From sequence record SRR31156797_2524: DNA of 36,105 bases, one strand, 5' to 3'. Positions 9,848 through 18,716 of this stretch are shown here, piece after piece (the first letter of the stretch is position 1; the number at the start of each line of letters is the position of its first letter). The notes below the pieces were generated by a model that did not search any database, had not been told where the DNA came from, and saw only the letters and a list, made by a program, of their open reading frames with translations. The position numbers and the translations under genes were made by a program.

Positions 9848-9973
9848 CCATTGCTCCGCTGAGGATAACGGCTAACGTTCCGGTAATACTTCTAATATAG
9901 GTGCGCAGACCTTATTGATCAAGGGGAGACAGGGATATTTGTAAAACGATGTAGCCCCAATCAGCAGCTGTAA

Positions 9974-10004
9974 ACCATGGGAACAGAGAGCCTGCTCCCA
10001 TGGT
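9974..10004 (-). terminator. Probable intrinsic terminator after the MscS gene
   Basis: Minus-strand hairpin ACCAUGGGAGCAG-GCUCU-CUGUUCCCAUGGU (13 bp, one G-U) about 12 nt after the stop codon. U tail is short. Confidence 0.55.
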
Positions 10005-10015
10005 ATTCTTTGGAG

Positions 10016-12382
10016 TTAAAATGGGTCGGTACTGGTTGGTGCCGCATTTTGTTTTGCTTTCTCATCCGCCGCTATTTGCTGACCGGCTGCAGCTCCGGCC
10101 GCCTCACGTACCTGCTCATCTGAAAGCGTGTGATCTTCCACCTGTGGTACTTCCACAATAACCTTACGATGGGCATAGTGAATCCCCTTAGCAGCAAGGG
10201 CATCGCTGATACGACGGTAGGCATCCCGACGAATAAGAAACTGACGACCTGGTTTAGCTGTAAACTTCACTCTGATCACCATCACCGAGTTAGTTATTTC
10301 ATATACTCCCTGCGATTTCACCGGCAGGATAAAATCAGGGCCGAGTTCTTCATCCTTGAGCATGGCCTGACCGACCTTTTTAATAGTCTTCCTTACTACC
10401 TCCACATCTGTATCGTACGGAAACTCAAGGTTAAACTTTACAACGATCCCGCCCCGCATAAAGTTGGTGATCGAGCCAAGCTCACTATGGGGAACAATTT
10501 GCAGCATCCCTCGATGGTGGCGCAGCATTACATTACGCAGAGTGATATTTTCAACCGCTCCTTTAACAGATCCTGCCTGGATATATTCTCCGACGCGAAA
10601 AGCATCGTCAAGCAAATAGAACACACCTGAGAGTACGTCAGAAACCAGTTTCTGGGCACCAAAGCCAACAGCAAGACCAACAACACCAGCACCTGCAAGC
10701 AGGGGGGCGATATCAACTCCTATTGATGAAAGCACGATTAAGGCGACCATTATCAGCAGGGTAATGGCGATGAATTTACGAATCATCGGCAACAGGGTAT
10801 AGCTTCTTCCCAGTTGTTTAGCACTGCCGAACTCACCACCGTCATCAGCAGCCTCCTCTTCCTGCTCGGGCATTGACTCAGCGATCTTACGTTCAATAAC
10901 TTTGGCAATAAACCGCCAGATAAAAAGAGCAAGCGTCAAAGTTATGAGGATATCAAAGGCGGATTGGACAATATTAACCGCAAAAGGGAATGCAAAACCC
11001 CACAAGGTCATGACCCAGACAAAAAGAACCAGTACCAGAAAAGCCCGAAAAGCCCTCTGCATGATTTGCTTCAACCTGTTTTCTTTCTGCTCAGGACTAA
11101 CATAGGCATCACCTAAAGCAGCCTTTTTCTCTTCCTCTGACTCTTCTTCCCGTTTGATGCCGAGGGTGGCAACAATATTGCCAATTACCCAACAGCCGAT
11201 GCGATCAAGGATGAGGTACAACGGTACAATCAACAAACTGATTATGAGTGCCCCGTTATCCTTTCCGGTATTGGTTACCAGAGTGTTAATCCAGATGGAC
11301 CAGATCCCGAAGAGGTACAGTAAGGCAAAAAAATGCCACATGGAAGCAAACTGTCGCATTGCCCAAGAGCTATCTGCTTGCCCTTCTTCCACGGCAAGAA
11401 TCGCTGCTGCCACATGCTGTCTGTTGAAGACTATCTTACCGGCTATAAGAAGCAGCAATAGCGTGCCCAATACAGCCCCCAGTGCAAGTGATGGCCCTCT
11501 GCTCATTCCAGCATCCCTTAAAAAGGTAAGCAGCATCATGGCCGAAGCCGTATACCAGATAAAAATTTGAGATCCTAAATGCACTTTTTCAGCAAGCACA
11601 TCATCCAAGGGAAGCAGGCGCAACGCTGGAGCACCTGGGCTACAGAAAAAGCGGGACAGCAAGGAAAAACCCCGACCGCCTAGAATGGTTCCCAGCAAAG
11701 CCATAAACGCTGCTCTTACCGGTTGCTGATCTATATCCAGAAGAAAAAAGAAAACCAGGGAGCCGACCACAAAAAAAGTAAGATAGACAATAGCCGGTAA
11801 AAGAGCGACGCAGGCTCCCCACAACCGATTCATCCCCTCATCCTCTTCTCCAGCAGGAGGAGGTGCCTGGAGCAAGGCCCCGCCTGTTATTCTCCGAAAG
11901 AACCACTCTACGCCCAAGCCCACCCCAAGAGAAAGGAGTATAAGTCCCAGGTTAAGGAATAAGCTGTCCAAATGACCGTCGCCGATCTGCAGCAGGACGC
12001 GGCCAGCTTCACCGGGGATACGCAGAAAAAAAGGCAGAAGACGTACTCCACCGGCCCCACTTACCCCACTTGCATCGTTGTGAGTATCAATAGCATGGAG
12101 CCATTCTTGTAGTGATGCTCCCAAACCTGTTTTTTTCTCAGGCAAAGCCGATTGAACCTCTGCAGCTTTTTCCAGTTCGCCAATAAGCAGCTCACGGATC
12201 TGAGTATCACTAAGCCGTGCAAGTACGGCATCAATTTCTTGAGGATTTGTTGCTGCACTGATGGCTTCCTCGGCACCCGAAGCTGCCTCCTCCCCCACTG
12301 CAAGGGTTGCAGTGGGCCCGATCAGCAACACTAAAAAAAGAAAAATCCATCGAACCAGTCTGAAACCAAAAATCGTCCTCAT
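10016..12382 (-). CDS. Large MscS-family mechanosensitive channel (YbiO-like) with N-terminal signal, periplasmic and extra TM region
   Basis: C-terminal MscS core LLAGAGVVGLAVGFGAQKLVSD...FRVGEYI...G.VENITLR, many TM segments and a signal-peptide-like N-terminus. GGGGGGAG SD. Confidence 0.88.
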   Translation of the reverse strand: MRTIFGFRLVRWIFLFLVLLIGPTATLAVGEEAASGAEEAISAATNPQEIDAVLARLSDTQIRELLIGELEKAAEVQSALPEKKTGLGASLQEWLHAIDTHNDASGVSGAGGVRLLPFFLRIPGEAGRVLLQIGDGHLDSLFLNLGLILLSLGVGLGVEWFFRRITGGALLQAPPPAGEEDEGMNRLWGACVALLPAIVYLTFFVVGSLVFFFLLDIDQQPVRAAFMALLGTILGGRGFSLLSRFFCSPGAPALRLLPLDDVLAEKVHLGSQIFIWYTASAMMLLTFLRDAGMSRGPSLALGAVLGTLLLLLIAGKIVFNRQHVAAAILAVEEGQADSSWAMRQFASMWHFFALLYLFGIWSIWINTLVTNTGKDNGALIISLLIVPLYLILDRIGCWVIGNIVATLGIKREEESEEEKKAALGDAYVSPEQKENRLKQIMQRAFRAFLVLVLFVWVMTLWGFAFPFAVNIVQSAFDILITLTLALFIWRFIAKVIERKIAESMPEQEEEAADDGGEFGSAKQLGRSYTLLPMIRKFIAITLLIMVALIVLSSIGVDIAPLLAGAGVVGLAVGFGAQKLVSDVLSGVFYLLDDAFRVGEYIQAGSVKGAVENITLRNVMLRHHRGMLQIVPHSELGSITNFMRGGIVVKFNLEFPYDTDVEVVRKTIKKVGQAMLKDEELGPDFILPVKSQGVYEITNSVMVIRVKFTAKPGRQFLIRRDAYRRISDALAAKGIHYAHRKVIVEVPQVEDHTLSDEQVREAAGAAAGQQIAADEKAKQNAAPTSTDPF

Positions 12383-12539
12383 TCTCCCCCCATTTTATAC
12401 TTATTATTTGGTAAAGTTACTCTATCATCACCTCGGCACCAAAAGAGCTGTCCGTAGGATCAACAGCACCTGCAGTCCGTCAACAATTGTAAAAAACATT
12501 CAAATACAGCCCTTCCAGAAACCCCAAAACACTCCCTTA

Positions 12540-13928
12540 CTACGACACCTCTCCTTTAACACCACCTTTGGGAGCTGAACGCAGTCTCGGCAGACAGACC
12601 AGGGCCACAAGCGCCAGTACTGCAATCATATACCAAGGGAACCAGCCCATGGAAATTTTAAAAGCCTCATTTTCGACCAGTTCTGCTGTCCACTGGGGAT
12701 GTTGACTACCCTTCAATTCACGCAGTTGTTGGATCAGCACCGCATACAAAATACCAACAAGACCGTACGCCGCATTAAAGGCCAAGCCTTTAAAACTAAG
12801 TACAGTTGCCCGCTGATCAGATGCGGTAATCTCATTGAGATAGTAGCTGGTGAAAAAGGAGGTCATCATCATCCCTACAAATACAAACATCATGGGCACG
12901 AACCCGTAATACGGAATAAACAGTGGCAGGAGAAACAAAGTACCCAATGCCAGTAGACCAAGTACAAGCAGATTCTTTGCCATCGAGAATCGCTCGGTCA
13001 TCCCCCGTGCTATCCGGGGAACCAGCAACCCTAAAACTGCCACTGCTGACCCGAGAAGACCAAAGCTGGCCTCGGGCAGGTTGATTAATCGATAATATTG
13101 GCTGGTCATTGTCACGATCATGCGCAAGGTATGGTCAAAGGTCATCGCAAAAAGGATAATGGCCAGTGCCAAGGGTGTACGTATAATCCAGGTGCCGGCT
13201 GCCATGGTCTGACGGCCCATTTCTATGACACTTAACTGTGCAGGTTCTCCCTGCTCTCCATTGACAGCTACCTGTGGATCACGCATGCGCATGGTCGTCA
13301 TCCACGCTAAAATGCCCAACAGAAGGGTTAGATAGATAGGAAAACGCATGGTCACCTGTTGGGAAAGCATGCCGGTAAAGCCAAACAGATGCAGAAAGCG
13401 ATTAACCATACCGGGATCATAGACCACCGCACCAATGGTCATGGCGAAGATATAACCGAAGTTTTGGCAACGCATCTGTAAATCAAGCACCTTGGACCAC
13501 TCTTCGCGGATCCCTGCCTCGACAAGCGTATCGTAAGCCATTGCCTCATCAGCACCACTGGCCATAGCTTCCGCCACACCGCTCAACACCCTGTTCACTA
13601 GAAAGGCTGAAAATATAATGGTGCCATTGCCAAGAGGCACAAAGGCGATCAATGCCAGCTCGGCGATCATAAAGAGTGTGGTCCCCACCAACAGACGTTT
13701 TCTGCCTATGAGATCGGCTACCACCCCGAGGGGAACCTCAGTTAATACAATGGTAAACGCCCACACTGTATTGAGCAAGGCAAACTGTTCCAGAGTCAAC
13801 CCGTAATCAAGAAAAAGAATTGTGAAAACAGGGTAGTAAAACCTGGCATTAAAAAATACGCGGAAGAGAAGAAAGAGCCTGATATTGAGCAGACTGAACG
13901 GTGAAATGGGGGGCTTGATCATACTCAT
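12540..13928 (-). CDS. MFS transporter
   Basis: MFS motif A-like EVPLGVVADLIGRKR, ASGADEAMAYD and C-terminal-half RATVLS. About 12 hydrophobic segments. Confidence 0.85.
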   Translation of the reverse strand: MSMIKPPISPFSLLNIRLFLLFRVFFNARFYYPVFTILFLDYGLTLEQFALLNTVWAFTIVLTEVPLGVVADLIGRKRLLVGTTLFMIAELALIAFVPLGNGTIIFSAFLVNRVLSGVAEAMASGADEAMAYDTLVEAGIREEWSKVLDLQMRCQNFGYIFAMTIGAVVYDPGMVNRFLHLFGFTGMLSQQVTMRFPIYLTLLLGILAWMTTMRMRDPQVAVNGEQGEPAQLSVIEMGRQTMAAGTWIIRTPLALAIILFAMTFDHTLRMIVTMTSQYYRLINLPEASFGLLGSAVAVLGLLVPRIARGMTERFSMAKNLLVLGLLALGTLFLLPLFIPYYGFVPMMFVFVGMMMTSFFTSYYLNEITASDQRATVLSFKGLAFNAAYGLVGILYAVLIQQLRELKGSQHPQWTAELVENEAFKISMGWFPWYMIAVLALVALVCLPRLRSAPKGGVKGEVS

Positions 13929-13945
13929 ATGTTTATAGAAAAAAG

Positions 13946-14070
13946 GTAACTATTCAGCAACACCCCACGGAGTCGGCGCTTACCACTGCACACGATCTGG
14001 CAGGAAAACATAGCATTATTTGAGTTATCCAGCCTGGTTGCACGCACCTGGAGCACTGCTGAATACTTGC
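13946..14070. repeat. 125-bp MITE/ERIC-like palindromic repeat, copy A
   Basis: Terminal IR GTAACTATTCAGCA / TGCTGAATACTTGC. Aligns without gaps to the reverse complement of 29692-29816 (95/125 identical by manual count). Confidence 0.85.
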
Positions 14071-14170
14071 GACAAAAAGGTTATGTTTATTCTCAATAAT
14101 GACGCACAATACACATTTCAACTGGGATAACCAGACAAAAAAAGCTCCTCCTCAAAGTAAATGATTATAT

Positions 14171-14199
14171 TGGACTATTTGCCAAAGCTTCTATATACT
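14171..14199 (+). promoter_or_regulatory. Candidate sigma70 promoter for the GGDEF-EAL gene
   Basis: TGGACT (14171-14176), 17-bp spacer, TATACT (14194-14199). Predicted transcription start (TSS) near 14205. Confidence 0.45.
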
Positions 14200-14296
14200 A
14201 TTAGCGACAGGTGCTTTTATGTTCGCAGGATCCCGCTTGAATACCAGACGGTCAGTATGACTGTATCCCACCACTGTCGAAAAATGGAGGAAAGAT

Positions 14297-14380
14297 GTGA
14301 TTAGCCAACTCCACTACCCTGTGTCTGAGCCTGGGTTTAGCAGCCGTTTCCTTATAACAGGATCACCACTTTTCGCATGA
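14297..14380 (+). CDS. Putative 27-aa leader peptide (MISQLHYPVSEPGFSSRFLITGSPLFA)
   Basis: GGAGG SD (14286-14290) 6 nt before a GTG start. Its TGA overlaps the ATG of the downstream gene (ATGA, 14377-14380). Confidence 0.35.
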   Translation: MISQLHYPVSEPGFSSRFLITGSPLFA

Positions 14381-17313
14381 CACTTCTCGGCCAATCCCGC
14401 GTAAAGCAAATCTCTTTCCTCAGCATATCTGCAGTCTTTTTTCTATTTTTGTTTATTGTAGCCTCCTACACCTTTTTCTACCTTTTTAACACTGTCAACT
14501 ACAGCCAAAAACATACTCTCCAATCCCTTGCTTTGGTACTACAGCAACATGTTGCATCCTCAGCAAATACCGCAAAGCATAGCTATCTGCGCGCTGCAGC
14601 AGAAAACCAACTCGCTTCCCTGCGCACACTGCAGAAAAAATCCCAGGAAGGAGCACTCTCCCTGGACGAAGCGCAATGGCTTGCGGGGAGTATAATAGCA
14701 GGTCAACAGGCGAACAAAGCCTGTTACAACTTTGCGATTGACGAACAGGGTACGATCAGGGTGCACCCCCAGAATAAAATGATCGGGACGAAGTATGAGG
14801 AGCAGAAAGCTCATCAACACAAAGAGTTTCCCAGGCAGGGTTTTCACACTTTCAACAGACAAGATGAAACAAATAAATCAGTCGCTGTCCCCATGCTGGG
14901 CTACGTTACCTCCTTTAAACCTTGGGGATGGCAGATAGTTACCAGTATTGCTGTTGAGGAAGCTGCAACCCTTATAAGTTTTAAGGACATTCAATCTGCA
15001 ATTGCCCAGGCTCCCTCTTTTGCTGGGTACAGAATTGTTCTTTTTTCTAAAGATGGTCAGGCATGGTACTCAGAATCAGCTGCCAAGAGTACTTCTCGTG
15101 AAATATCCGAAGAATTGTCAACAGTTGCTAAACAAGTGTGGCAAGAGAAAAATGGTTATCACAGCTATAGCTGGATTCCGGAAAGACACAACACTCCAAT
15201 TATAAGAAATATTGCATTCAGGGAAATCCCTGAGCTGAACCTTATTGTCGGAATTTCAGAGGTGACTACCGGGTCTGAAATAGCTCTTTCTTTCTCCCTG
15301 CAAAAACTGCTGATGCTGCTGACAGCAGCCATTTTAACCGCCCTGCTTCTTGCATTTTTTACCAGCAGACTGCTTTGTCGACCGCTCACCCGATTTGTTC
15401 AAGACACAACAAAAGCTGTTGGAGCCCATGAACCACTTCAGCAGGGGCGCTCAAAATACATGGAACTGGCTCAAGTTGGTGACAACTTCAACTCCCTAAT
15501 CGAACAACTGCAATATACCCAGGAGGAGCTCGCCACTGAACAACAATCCAGCGAAGCGATTCATGAACAACTCAGCAGTGAAATAATAACCCGCAAACAA
15601 ACCCACGAACAATTGCTTTCCGAAATAGCAACAAGGAAAAGCGCAGAAAATTACCTCCAGCTTTTTAAAAACATTTTTGACCATGCCATTGAAGGCATTA
15701 TTATCACCGATAAAGACAGCAATATCCTCACAGTCAATAAATCTTTTACCGACATCACCGGTTACCAACCCCACGAAGCCATTGGCCAGAACCCAAACAT
15801 ACTGAGCTCTGGAGAACAATCAGCTAACTTTTACAGAAAGCTGTGGCACTCTTTACAAAAAAACGGCTCCTGGGCTGGTGAAATTTCCAATCGTAAAAAA
15901 GATGGCACGATCTGTCCCGAATGGCTGTCCATCAGTCAACTCAAAGATAAGCATAACAATACAACCCACTATTTTGCATTTTTCCACGATATCTCCGAAT
16001 TAAAGGAAAAGGAAAAGCAAATATCAATTATGGCTTACCGCGACGCGCTTACCAAACTTCCTAATCGGGCTGCGCTTGAGGCACGTCTGAGTAAAGCCAT
16101 CTCCAAAGCCAAGAGAGAGGCGGGGACACTAGCGGTACTCTTTATCGATCTTGACAATTTTAAAAACATTAATGACACTCTCGGCCACGACAAGGGTGAC
16201 CAGGTTCTGATCCAGGTCTCAAAACGGATCAACCAGGTAATACGCGTAGAGGATACTCTTTCTCGTCTTGGCGGCGACGAGTTTATTCTCCTCAGCGAAT
16301 CCATTGAAAATGAAAGCGGTATATTCCACCTGGCAGGACGAATTCTCTCCTGCCTGCAAGAGCCATTTTTCATCGGTTTTAGTGAACTTTTCATTAATGC
16401 CAGTATAGGTATAGCCACCTACCCCAATGACGGCAAGAACACCAATGAACTCATTAAAAATGCCGACATGGCCATGTACCGAGCCAAAAGTGAAGGAAAA
16501 AACAAATTCGTCCTCTTTACCCAAGAGATGCATGAAAATTTCCTCACCCATGTCCGTATTGAAAACTCCATCCGCACCGGCCTGCAGAAAAAAGAATTTA
16601 TTATTTACTACCAGCCCAAGATAGACATTGCTTCGGAGCAACTTACCTCCTTTGAAGCATTGATTCGCTGGAACAAAAACGGCCTTATTATCGGTCCGGA
16701 TAAGTTTATCCCTGTTGCGGAGGAATCAGGGCTGATTGATAAAATGAGCCTCTATGTCCTGGAAGTGGTCTGCGCTTTCCTCAACAAGTTACAGTCACAG
16801 GGGACCCGCCTCCTCCCAGTGAGCGTCAATATGGCACCTCGAACTTTTAACAACTTGGAGATCGTTGAGGTTATTGATCAGATTCTTCACAAATATCAAA
16901 TTGACCATAAATACATAGAATTTGAAATCACCGAGACAACTGCAATGGAGGATATTCAGCATACTCTAAAAACCATGAATCGATTCCGTCAGCGAGGGAT
17001 AAGTTTTTCTATTGATGATTTTGGTACCGGCTACTCCTCCCTTAGCTATCTTAATGAAATGCCGGTCTCCACCCTCAAAATTGACAAACGCTTTATAAAT
17101 ACCGATGACAACCATAGCAGAAGTATAGCCTCTACCATTATAGCGATGTCCAAACAAATGCAGTTAAAAGTTATTGCTGAAGGTGTAGAAACAGCAGAAC
17201 AGCTCAGCTGGCTGCGTACCTTGGACTGCAGCGAAGCCCAGGGTTATTATTTTGCCAAACCCATGCCGGAGAGTGACGCCGTCGAATTAATACAAGGTGA
17301 CAAATCCCCCTGA
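14377..17313 (+). CDS. Membrane-anchored Cache/HAMP-PAS-GGDEF-EAL c-di-GMP cyclase/phosphodiesterase
   Basis: Two TM segments flanking a Cache-like region (VHP..., FKPWGWQIV), PAS (VNKSFTDITGY), RVED I-site plus RLGGDEF, FEALIRW, DDFGTGYSS and IAEGVET. Both catalytic sites look intact. Confidence 0.92.
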   Translation: MTLLGQSRVKQISFLSISAVFFLFLFIVASYTFFYLFNTVNYSQKHTLQSLALVLQQHVASSANTAKHSYLRAAAENQLASLRTLQKKSQEGALSLDEAQWLAGSIIAGQQANKACYNFAIDEQGTIRVHPQNKMIGTKYEEQKAHQHKEFPRQGFHTFNRQDETNKSVAVPMLGYVTSFKPWGWQIVTSIAVEEAATLISFKDIQSAIAQAPSFAGYRIVLFSKDGQAWYSESAAKSTSREISEELSTVAKQVWQEKNGYHSYSWIPERHNTPIIRNIAFREIPELNLIVGISEVTTGSEIALSFSLQKLLMLLTAAILTALLLAFFTSRLLCRPLTRFVQDTTKAVGAHEPLQQGRSKYMELAQVGDNFNSLIEQLQYTQEELATEQQSSEAIHEQLSSEIITRKQTHEQLLSEIATRKSAENYLQLFKNIFDHAIEGIIITDKDSNILTVNKSFTDITGYQPHEAIGQNPNILSSGEQSANFYRKLWHSLQKNGSWAGEISNRKKDGTICPEWLSISQLKDKHNNTTHYFAFFHDISELKEKEKQISIMAYRDALTKLPNRAALEARLSKAISKAKREAGTLAVLFIDLDNFKNINDTLGHDKGDQVLIQVSKRINQVIRVEDTLSRLGGDEFILLSESIENESGIFHLAGRILSCLQEPFFIGFSELFINASIGIATYPNDGKNTNELIKNADMAMYRAKSEGKNKFVLFTQEMHENFLTHVRIENSIRTGLQKKEFIIYYQPKIDIASEQLTSFEALIRWNKNGLIIGPDKFIPVAEESGLIDKMSLYVLEVVCAFLNKLQSQGTRLLPVSVNMAPRTFNNLEIVEVIDQILHKYQIDHKYIEFEITETTAMEDIQHTLKTMNRFRQRGISFSIDDFGTGYSSLSYLNEMPVSTLKIDKRFINTDDNHSRSIASTIIAMSKQMQLKVIAEGVETAEQLSWLRTLDCSEAQGYYFAKPMPESDAVELIQGDKSP

Positions 17314-17379
17314 CCTGCTCGTACATACAAGATCTATAAAAAACTCACCGCAGATTGCGTTATTGGACGTTGTCCGGTA

Positions 17380-18708
17380 TTGTTAAACTTTTTTACAATG
17401 ACGTTTCCTGCACCCTACGTGAATACTACTGCACCATCACTCAAGAGCACCTTAACAGCATGCCCCAGTTGTGACCTGCTGCTCACTGGCACGACTTCAC
17501 GGGAAAACCATGCCGCCCTGTGCCCCAGATGTCACGAGCTCCTCCACCGGGATAAGCACAACTCCGTTGTTAAAACTTTTTCCCTTAGCCTGACGGCACT
17601 CCTGCTCTACATTCCGGCGCTCTTTCTCCCTTTACTGACACTGGGCATCCTTGGTAGCGAGTCGAGTGCATCCATCATCCATGCGATCTACCATCTTTTT
17701 GTCCAGCAGCAGTTCTTTGTAGGCCTCATCGTTCTCTTAACTGCTGTTATTTTTCCTTTTTTTACCATTTTCAGTCTCTGCACAGTCTCTTTTGGCCTGC
17801 TTACAGATCACAAAAAACGGTGGATGCCGTGGATGTTCAGGCACTACAATCATTTACGTGAATGGGCCATGACAGATGTTTTTCTGGTCGGCATCTTAAT
17901 CACAATCATTAAAATGGCCCACTCTGCGGAAATTGAGTTCAACCTGGGTTTTTTCTGTTTTGTCTCCCTTGTTGTTGTTACCATTGCCTCCCAGACAGCC
18001 AGCGACCGAAAACTCTTTTGGTCACTGCTGGAGCCGACCTGCACCAAATCAACATCATCTCAACCGAACCCTATAGCACCAACCAACGGTAACAACCATA
18101 TACCAAAACATTTGGTCTGCCATACCTGTCACAAGATGGTGTGCCCAAGCAAAGAGGAGGAACAGCCTCACTCTAAGTGCCCCCGGTGCGGTGAAAAGCT
18201 GCTTTATCGGAAACAAAACAGCATTATGCGCACCTGGGCTCTCCTCTGTACTGCTGTTCTTTTTACTTTCCCGGCCAACATGCTGCCCATTATGGAGGTT
18301 GAATACTTCGGCGTCCCCGAGCGATCAACCATTATGGATGGTATCGTCTATTTTTTCCAAGACGGTTCCTATGGTATAGGCATTGTCATTTTGACGGCCT
18401 CAATCCTGGTGCCGCTTTTTAAAATAATCGGCCTGACTATAATTCTCACCTCCATCCATTTTCAATGGCACACAGGACGTCGCCATAAGACGGCCATGTT
18501 TCGTTTAATTGAATTCATAGGTCGTTGGTCCATGCTTGATATTTTTGTCATCACGCTGCTCTGCACCTTGGTACAATTCGGTTTCCTTTCAACCATTACC
18601 ACTGCCCCAGCCGCCTTCTATTTCACATGTGTTGTCATTTCCACCATGCTCGCTGCCGTCACCTTTGACACACGACTGCTCTGGGACAATGATGAGTCTA
18701 CTTCCTAA
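17380..18708 (+). CDS. letA: LetA/YebS (PqiA-family) inner-membrane protein. True start may be ATG 17398
   Basis: Two repeats, each with a Zn ribbon (CPSC..CPRC; CHTC..CPRC) and PqiA motifs (PALFLP/PANMLP, EWAMTDVF, GRWSMLDIF, FDTRLLW). Confidence 0.85.
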   Translation: MLNFFTMTFPAPYVNTTAPSLKSTLTACPSCDLLLTGTTSRENHAALCPRCHELLHRDKHNSVVKTFSLSLTALLLYIPALFLPLLTLGILGSESSASIIHAIYHLFVQQQFFVGLIVLLTAVIFPFFTIFSLCTVSFGLLTDHKKRWMPWMFRHYNHLREWAMTDVFLVGILITIIKMAHSAEIEFNLGFFCFVSLVVVTIASQTASDRKLFWSLLEPTCTKSTSSQPNPIAPTNGNNHIPKHLVCHTCHKMVCPSKEEEQPHSKCPRCGEKLLYRKQNSIMRTWALLCTAVLFTFPANMLPIMEVEYFGVPERSTIMDGIVYFFQDGSYGIGIVILTASILVPLFKIIGLTIILTSIHFQWHTGRRHKTAMFRLIEFIGRWSMLDIFVITLLCTLVQFGFLSTITTAPAAFYFTCVVISTMLAAVTFDTRLLWDNDESTS

Positions 18709-18716
18709 GGTTATAA

